Shown: in pieces, positions 57,627 to 64,000 of the stretch
Layout of the letters: every line of letters starts with the position of its first letter
How positions within the stretch are numbered: position 1 is the first letter of the stretch
Sequence record: DRR378314_1550
Length of the DNA: 64,000 nucleotides
Direction: 5' to 3' (one strand)
Made by a program: the position numbers and the translations under genes
The notes under the pieces: model-generated
What the model saw: the letters and a program-made list of their open reading frames with translations, nothing else
What the model was told of the DNA's origin: nothing
The model's database searches: none

Positions 57627-59138
57627 ATGAGTGCAACCGAATACACGACAAAACATGTAGTTGACGATCTCGTTAGTAGCTATCAGCGAGTTCCAATGTT
57701 AGTGATCGCAGCGCATCCTGATCGGTCGCGGATTGGTGAACGCGCAGCGTTAATGGATTTGTACAATGAAGGAAGTGACTACCTAAGCAGGATAAAGCCT
57801 GAGTTTGCCAAAAATGGTAATGCTGGCAGAGCATTGCTTGATGAATTTATCAGCCGTTCTCCAATCATTTTTCAGCGCGAATCAGGCGGCCGTATTAAGC
57901 TAAAGGCGCATAGTACCAAAACAACAGTAACTATTGCCGGACGTGGTGCTCAGGACGAATATATTCTAAAAGAAAGTGACTTGGATAACGGTGTCGTTAT
58001 TGGCTTAAACCACCGCATCGTTTTACTTTTAAAGTTATTGCCGCTGCAAGACTCCTCGGTAGATGACAACGATGTGCTGTTTGGTATTAGCTCGGATATT
58101 CGTGCCATTCGGAATCGCGTTGCTCAACTGGCCGGGATGGACTTGCCGGTTATGATTAGAGGTGCTGCCGGAGTGGGTAAACAACAGGCGGCCTACGCAA
58201 TTCATCAGGCCAGCGAACGTCGGGAACAACCTTTTATTAGTGTTAATCTGGCTGCCATACATGATGCAGTCGCAGAAGCTGAATTATTTGGTAGCTATCG
58301 AGGCGGTAGCCGGCAACCTGGCTATTTTGAGCAAGCCGGTAGCGGTACTATTGTGCTGGAAGACATCGAGGATGCCTCGCCGGGCTTACATCGTTTGCTT
58401 TATACCGTTCTGCAAAGTAAATCCGTAGTACCTGTTGGTACAGAGGAAACGCTGCCAATTACTTGCCGTATTATGCTGACCAGTCATCAGGACTCTCGCG
58501 GCTTTGAAGAGAATTCAACGCTGTCCATGCTAATTGAAAAGCTTTCAGCTTATCAGTTGTTCATCCCGCCATTAACCGAACGTCGCGAAGATATTGGTTT
58601 GTTATTCGACTATTTTGTACGTGAGCAGTGGCGTAAGCTTTACGCTAATCGCTCTCATGATGTCAAAATTCCTGGTGAATTGATGAGCCAGCTGCTGACC
58701 TTTCATTGGCCGGGTAATGTACGACAGTTGCGCAACGTAGCGCGGCAGGTCGTTATTGATAGCCGTGAGCAAGAGCAACTGCACCTTGACCCGCAACTTT
58801 TATCTATGCTTAAGCCGAGCAACCCCGGGCATTGGGAAGATGAAACCAGCGTTCATCGTAAGCCCAACAGTGTTAGTCGAGATGAGTTACTGGAAACCTT
58901 GCGTAGCTGCCGGTTTGAGCTACAGGCTACAGCAAAAGCTCTGGGCATCTCACGGGCATCGGTATATCAGCTTATTCAGCGCTTTGAAGGGGTTCGTACA
59001 GCGCAGGATTTATCCGAAGAAGAGATTAAAAAGAGTTATGAACAGAACCGTTCCGATACTGAAAAAATGATGTGGGATTTGCAAGTGTCTCAAATAGGTT
59101 TACGGCGTCGGCTTAAAAGTTTGGGATATGATATTTGA
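57627..59138 (+). CDS. NtrC-like AAA+ regulator lacking GAFTGA, with an FHA-like N-terminus and tandem HTH
   Basis: GAAGVGK, ELFG, PPL.ERREDI, WPGNVRQL, ALGISRASVY. Confidence 0.8.
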   Translation: MSATEYTTKHVVDDLVSSYQRVPMLVIAAHPDRSRIGERAALMDLYNEGSDYLSRIKPEFAKNGNAGRALLDEFISRSPIIFQRESGGRIKLKAHSTKTTVTIAGRGAQDEYILKESDLDNGVVIGLNHRIVLLLKLLPLQDSSVDDNDVLFGISSDIRAIRNRVAQLAGMDLPVMIRGAAGVGKQQAAYAIHQASERREQPFISVNLAAIHDAVAEAELFGSYRGGSRQPGYFEQAGSGTIVLEDIEDASPGLHRLLYTVLQSKSVVPVGTEETLPITCRIMLTSHQDSRGFEENSTLSMLIEKLSAYQLFIPPLTERREDIGLLFDYFVREQWRKLYANRSHDVKIPGELMSQLLTFHWPGNVRQLRNVARQVVIDSREQEQLHLDPQLLSMLKPSNPGHWEDETSVHRKPNSVSRDELLETLRSCRFELQATAKALGISRASVYQLIQRFEGVRTAQDLSEEEIKKSYEQNRSDTEKMMWDLQVSQIGLRRRLKSLGYDI

Positions 59139-59276
59139 TAATACTGAGCGGCGTTAAACTTTCTGATAGTATAGCCGCCTTAGAAAAATTGAATTGCATT
59201 CTGGAGTAACTGTCCCCATATCGTGAGATGGTTATCCGAAATTTAATAATAAATTTAAATTAACTGAGGGAATTTT

Positions 59277-59612
59277 ATGGACTTTTTTATTAGCTCAGCA
59301 TACGCGCAAGACGCTGGCGGCCAAGGCAGTGGTGGTATGGAACTGATTTTCATGCTGGTCATGTTTGCGTTAATTTTTTACTTCATGATTTATCGTCCAC
59401 AAGCAAAACGTGTCAAGCAGCATAAAGAGCTGATGGGTGCTTTGAGCAAGGGTGATGAAGTGCTGACTCAAGGTGGTTTGGTCGGTAAAATCACTAAAGT
59501 AAGCGAAGATAAAGACTTTCTCGTTATTGCTTTGACTGACGAGCTTGAAGTAACCATTCAGAAAGGTTCTGTGACTTCCGTTCTTCCGAAAGGAACAATG
59601 AAGTCTCTCTAA
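59277..59612 (+). CDS. yajC: Preprotein translocase subunit YajC
   Basis: FYFMIYRPQAKR, KGDEVLTQGG, LPKGT. Confidence 0.96.
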   Translation: MDFFISSAYAQDAGGQGSGGMELIFMLVMFALIFYFMIYRPQAKRVKQHKELMGALSKGDEVLTQGGLVGKITKVSEDKDFLVIALTDELEVTIQKGSVTSVLPKGTMKSL

Positions 59613-59640
59613 TCTCTGACATTAGAAACAGGGGCACGAC

Positions 59641-61485
59641 GTGTTAAATAAATACCCGTTGTGGAAAAATCTGCTGGTTATTTTTGTCGTATTGGTGGCA
59701 GCGCTCTATGCGCTGCCAAACATTTACGGTGAAGATCCAGCAGTTCAAATTTCCGCAAACCGAAATGCGACCATCGATACCAGTACCATGGATCGCGTGA
59801 AGAGCAGTCTGGAAAACGTTGGCATACAACCCAAAAGCATTGCTTTAGAAGAAGAGCAGCTTTTAGTTCGACTTAACTCCGATGATGAGCAATTAGAAGC
59901 TCGTGAAGCTATCATGGGGAGTTTAGGTGACAACTACATAGTCGCTTTAAACCTTGCTCCAGCAACACCCGAGTGGTTGAAAAGTGTCGGCGCTCAGCCA
60001 ATGAAGTTAGGGCTGGATTTACGTGGTGGTGTGCACTTCTTGATGGAAATCGACATGGACGAAGCCGTCCATAAAATTGTCGATGGCATGAAGGACACGA
60101 TTCGTGCCGAACTGCGTGAAGAGCGTATTCGTTACAGTGCTGTTCGCGTTAATGACACGACGGTTGAAATTGAACTTCGTAATGAAGAAGCTTACGCAGA
60201 AGCTGCTGAGTATCTGGATGGTCGTTATCAGGGGTATACGCTTCTGGAAGACGATGAAAACCAACTGCTGCAACTACAGATGAGCGAGCAGAAGCTTGCT
60301 GAAACACGCGATTACGCGGTATCTCAAAATATTACCATTATGCGTAACCGGGTTAACGAATTAGGTGTTGCCGAGCCGGTTATCCAGCGTCAGGGCTCAA
60401 ACCGCATTGTGGTGGAATTACCGGGCGTGCAGGATACAGCAAGAGCGAAAGAGATTTTAGGAGCTACAGCAACGCTGGAGTTTCGTATGGTTGATTCCGA
60501 GAACGATGTGCGTGACGCCCAGAACGGTCGGGTACCTTTTGGTAGCGAGTTAATGCCAATGCGCGACGGTCCAGCTCAATTGCTGAAAGAAGAAGTTATT
60601 GTTACGGGTGATCACATAGTGAACGCCAGCGTTGGTTACGATGAGTACAACCGTCCGCAGGTTAATATTACCCTGGATGGTGCTGGCGGTAACAAAATGT
60701 CCTTAGCAACTAAAGACAATGTCGGTAAAGCAATGGCGACAGTCTTTATTGAGTATAAAGCCACAGACGAGCGCGATGAAGAGGGTAACTTACAGTTCAC
60801 TAAGAACGCGGAAGTGATTAACGTGGCGACTATTCAATCACGTTTGCCTAGTAGCTTCCGTATAACCGGCGTCGGTGCTCAGGAAGCTAAAAGCCTTACT
60901 TTGTTACTTCGCGCTGGCGCATTGATTGCCCCTATTCAAATTGTCGAAGAACGTACCGTCGGGCCAAGCTTAGGTCAGCAGAACATTGATGCTGGTACTC
61001 AGGCTATTTTTTGGGGCTTTGTTTTAGTTCTTGCCTTCATGTTGTTGTACTACAAAAAGTTTGGTCTGGTTGCCAACTGTGCTCTGGCAGCAAACCTGGT
61101 GCTTATTATTGGCGTGATGTCGATGATTCCGGGAGCAACGCTGACCTTACCGGGTATGGCCGGTATTGTACTGACAGTTGGTATGGCAGTAGATGCTAAT
61201 GTGCTTATTTTCGAGCGCATACGCGAAGAAATAAAAGCCAAACGAAGCCCTCAACAGGCAATTCATCACGGCTATGACAGTGCCTTGTCGACCATTGCCG
61301 ATGCGAACGTAACCACGCTGATTGCGGCGCTTATCTTGTTTGCTATTGGTAACGGCCCTATTAAAGGCTTTGCTATCACTCTTGCTATCGGGATTATAAC
61401 GTCCATGTTTACTGCGATAGTCGGAACCCGTGCCATTGTTAACTCAGTTTGGGGCGGCAAAAAGCTGTCTAAACTGTCTATTTAG
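59641..61485 (+). CDS. secD: Protein translocase subunit SecD
   Basis: [31 protein letters not shown]. Confidence 0.97.
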   Translation: MLNKYPLWKNLLVIFVVLVAALYALPNIYGEDPAVQISANRNATIDTSTMDRVKSSLENVGIQPKSIALEEEQLLVRLNSDDEQLEAREAIMGSLGDNYIVALNLAPATPEWLKSVGAQPMKLGLDLRGGVHFLMEIDMDEAVHKIVDGMKDTIRAELREERIRYSAVRVNDTTVEIELRNEEAYAEAAEYLDGRYQGYTLLEDDENQLLQLQMSEQKLAETRDYAVSQNITIMRNRVNELGVAEPVIQRQGSNRIVVELPGVQDTARAKEILGATATLEFRMVDSENDVRDAQNGRVPFGSELMPMRDGPAQLLKEEVIVTGDHIVNASVGYDEYNRPQVNITLDGAGGNKMSLATKDNVGKAMATVFIEYKATDERDEEGNLQFTKNAEVINVATIQSRLPSSFRITGVGAQEAKSLTLLLRAGALIAPIQIVEERTVGPSLGQQNIDAGTQAIFWGFVLVLAFMLLYYKKFGLVANCALAANLVLIIGVMSMIPGATLTLPGMAGIVLTVGMAVDANVLIFERIREEIKAKRSPQQAIHHGYDSALSTIADANVTTLIAALILFAIGNGPIKGFAITLAIGIITSMFTAIVGTRAIVNSVWGGKKLSKLSI

Positions 61486-61493
61486 GGGGAGCC

Positions 61494-62441
61494 ATGCAAG
61501 AGATAATTAAAACCGATGAACGACTTCCCTTCATGCGCTTCCGCGGAATTATGGGCATTATCAGTGCAGTACTGGTAGTGGCTTCCATAGTTTCGTTGTC
61601 AGTCAATAAGCTCAACTTTGGGTTGGACTTTACTGGCGGAACCTTACTTGAAGTTGGCTTTGATAGCGCGGCAGATTTAAGTCGTGTTCGTGGCGCATTA
61701 GATGAAGAAGGGTTCAGTGACGCAGTGGTTCAAAACTACGGCTCGCAGGAAGAGATACTGATTCGTCTGGAGCCTCGGGAAGGAGTAAAAGCGGAGCAGC
61801 TGGGTACCACAATACTTGAATCTCTGCGCACCGAGTTTGACCAAACCGTTGAAATGCGTCGTATAGAATTTGTTGGCCCAAATGTGGGCGACGAATTTAT
61901 AGAGCAGGGCGGGTTGGCTATGCTAACCGCTTTAATCTGTATTTTGCTTTACATTGCGATGCGCTTTGAATGGCGTTTAGCGGTAGGTGCTGTGGCAGCG
62001 TTAGCGCACGATGTCATTTTAACCTTAGGGCTGTTCTCCATATTGCAGTTAGAGTTTGACCTAACGGTTTTAGCGGCCTTGCTGGCAGTTATTGGTTACT
62101 CAATTAACGATACGGTGGTGGTTTGCGACCGAATTAGGGAAACTTTCCGTAAGTTTGCTAAGTTAACCCCAGTGCAAACTGTTAACCGGGCATTAACCGA
62201 TACGCTGAGTCGAACGTTAATTACTTCAATAACAACGATACTGGTGTTATTGACCTTGTTCTTCCTGGGTGGGCCATTAATTCATGGTTTTGCTACAGCG
62301 TTATTATTTGGTGTGGTTATTGGTACTTATTCATCCATTTATATCGCAAGTTCTGTAGCCCTGAAATTTGGTGTTAGCCGAGACGACTTAATGCCGCCAG
62401 AAGTGGAAAAAGAAGGCGCGGATCAAGATCCGCTGGGTTAG
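61494..62441 (+). CDS. secF: Protein translocase subunit SecF
   Basis: GLDFTGG, GYSINDTVVV.DRIRE, GTYSS. Confidence 0.97.
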   Translation: MQEIIKTDERLPFMRFRGIMGIISAVLVVASIVSLSVNKLNFGLDFTGGTLLEVGFDSAADLSRVRGALDEEGFSDAVVQNYGSQEEILIRLEPREGVKAEQLGTTILESLRTEFDQTVEMRRIEFVGPNVGDEFIEQGGLAMLTALICILLYIAMRFEWRLAVGAVAALAHDVILTLGLFSILQLEFDLTVLAALLAVIGYSINDTVVVCDRIRETFRKFAKLTPVQTVNRALTDTLSRTLITSITTILVLLTLFFLGGPLIHGFATALLFGVVIGTYSSIYIASSVALKFGVSRDDLMPPEVEKEGADQDPLG

Positions 62442-62474
62442 TCTTACGGTATAATTTGAATGGAGTGCATAGAC

Positions 62475-63251
62475 ATGTTGGCCGTTGTTTCACCTGCTAA
62501 AAACCTGGATTACGAAAGTGATTTACCGGAACTGAATGTTACTCAGCCACGGTTGCTGGATAACGCCGAAGAACTGGTTGAGGTTTGTCGGCAATTAAGC
62601 CCGCAACAACTCGGGTCGCTAATGAAAATTAGCGACAAGCTGGCGGGTTTGAATGCGGCTCGCTTTGAGGAATGGCAACGGCCTTTTAATGAAAACAATG
62701 CACGCCCGGCTATGTATGCATTTAACGGTGATGTTTATACCGGATTAGATGCTGCCAGCCTGAATTCAGAGGCCATAGGTACGGCACAAAAACAATTGCG
62801 GATTTTGTCTGGTCTTTATGGTGTTTTACGGCCACTGGATTTGATGCAGCCTTACCGATTAGAAATGGGTACCAAGTTGGATAATCCAAAGGGCAAAAAC
62901 CTATATGAATACTGGGGCGATAGCATTACGCAGATGCTCAATAAAGACTTAGCTGAGCTGGGTAGCTCAACTTTAGTGAACTTAGCTTCTAATGAGTATT
63001 TCTCGGCGGTCAAGCCAAAAGTGCTTAATGCAGATATTATTACTCCAGTGTTTAAAGATGAAAAAAATGGTCAATATAAAGTCATCAGTTTTTATGCCAA
63101 GAAGGCGCGGGGACTAATGGCGCGATTTATCCTGAACCAAAAGCCAAAATCCGTGTCTGATCTAAAAGAATTCGATGCAAATGGCTATAGTTTCAATGAA
63201 GCTATGTCCAGCGATAAACAATTGGTTTTTTGTCGTGCTGAGCAAAAATAA
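62475..63251 (+). CDS. yaaA: Peroxide stress protein YaaA
   Basis: SPAK.LD, LSGLYG.LRPLD, YRLEMG, NLASNEY, AKKARG. Confidence 0.95.
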   Translation: MLAVVSPAKNLDYESDLPELNVTQPRLLDNAEELVEVCRQLSPQQLGSLMKISDKLAGLNAARFEEWQRPFNENNARPAMYAFNGDVYTGLDAASLNSEAIGTAQKQLRILSGLYGVLRPLDLMQPYRLEMGTKLDNPKGKNLYEYWGDSITQMLNKDLAELGSSTLVNLASNEYFSAVKPKVLNADIITPVFKDEKNGQYKVISFYAKKARGLMARFILNQKPKSVSDLKEFDANGYSFNEAMSSDKQLVFCRAEQK

Positions 63252-63262
63252 AGGAGCGCACA

Positions 63263-64000
63263 ATGAGTGACGATCAGGTTGAAACATCAACGGCAACAGA
63301 AGAAGCGAGTCGCAAAACGACTTGGGTTGTTGTTACGCTTATTGTGCTGGCGGTTATCGCTGCCATAGTATGGTGGTGGCTGCCGGCTTCTGAAGACAAG
63401 AAGCAACAAACCGAAACGGTAGAGGTTGATCAGCAGCAATCAACAGAAGTTCAGGTTGAGGGTTATGAACAAGAGTCTGAAGAACCTGAGCCTGAAATTG
63501 AGCCAGAACCGCTTCCAACCGAACCAGAATCTGAACCGGAACAAGAGCCGGTTGAACCTGAGCCCGAACCTATTGCTTTGCCAGAGCTGGACAATAGCAC
63601 ACCAACGGTGCTTCAGAATCTTGACTCAACCGACGTTAACATTCGTCCATTAAAAAGCTCTCAGATTATTCGTGACGCAGTTGTGCTGATGGACAATATC
63701 AGCAACGGCAGCATTGTTCGTGAACGGACTATTGTTCAGCGTCCCGACGGTCGTTTTAGTGTGCTGGAGGTAGATGGTGAACTCTATATTGATGAAAGCA
63801 GCTATCGCCGATACGACGCTTTAGTTGACTGGTTTGTAAGTTTGCAACCTGACGCACTGGCAGAAAACTATGAGTTATTTAAGCCTTTAGTGCAAGAAGC
63901 CTACGCAGAAATTGGCTATCCGGAGTCAGACTTTGATGACACCTTGATAGAAGCCATTAATGTTATGCTTGATACTCCGGTTCCGGAGGGATTGGTTCAG
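63263..64000 (+). CDS. DUF3014-family protein (partial; runs off the window)
   Basis: AAGGAG RBS, ATG 63263, TM, Glu/Pro linker, LPELD.S, SYRRYD, PL.QEAYAEIGYP; frame open to the window end. Confidence 0.8.
   Translation, partial: MSDDQVETSTATEEASRKTTWVVVTLIVLAVIAAIVWWWLPASEDKKQQTETVEVDQQQSTEVQVEGYEQESEEPEPEIEPEPLPTEPESEPEQEPVEPEPEPIALPELDNSTPTVLQNLDSTDVNIRPLKSSQIIRDAVVLMDNISNGSIVRERTIVQRPDGRFSVLEVDGELYIDESSYRRYDALVDWFVSLQPDALAENYELFKPLVQEAYAEIGYPESDFDDTLIEAINVMLDTPVPEGLVQ

Noticed and set aside
63470-63575. Tandem GAACC/GAGCC repeats as a possible CRISPR array or VNTR
   Set aside because: They are Glu-Pro codons in the DUF3014 linker; there is no repeat-spacer structure.

Overview
Chromosomal window from a marine gammaproteobacterium. 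Gene content and very acidic periplasmic proteins suggest an Idiomarina/Alteromonadales-like organism (inference only). It opens with the 3' end of a tRNA (Ile2/Met-CAT-like) and a short AT-richer block (diguanylate cyclase, OmpW, DUF6624-like protein). The main candidate system is a tightly packed 8-gene operon (5036-13288) that looks like an uncharacterised ion-motive-force-driven envelope machine. It encodes a secreted Gly/Ser-rich protein, a lipoprotein, a bitopic TPR-like protein, a bitopic PEGA + Cys-less FGE-sulfatase protein, an unannotated 35-aa protein, a MotA/TolQ/ExbB channel and two paralogous ExbD-like-TM/coiled-coil/vWA proteins. The rest is mostly recognisable: two MCPs, an OsmC-YcaO fusion, YdgA, a hydrolase-kynU pair, a TonB receptor/phoD pair with Pho boxes, MscS, ChaC, two degenerate GGDEF/EAL proteins, cfa, glnK-amt with a sigma54/NtrC/IHF promoter, cysteine synthase-glpQ, RimK-GNAT, TIGR03546/03545, a carboxylate/ester utilisation locus with a CrbS/R-type two-component system, a GAFTGA-less bEBP, yajC-secDF, yaaA and a partial DUF3014 gene. 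A GTAG-type REP doublet lies at 31179-31236. No CRISPR array, rRNA, integrase or transposase was seen. All family calls come from motif recognition by eye; no searches were run.
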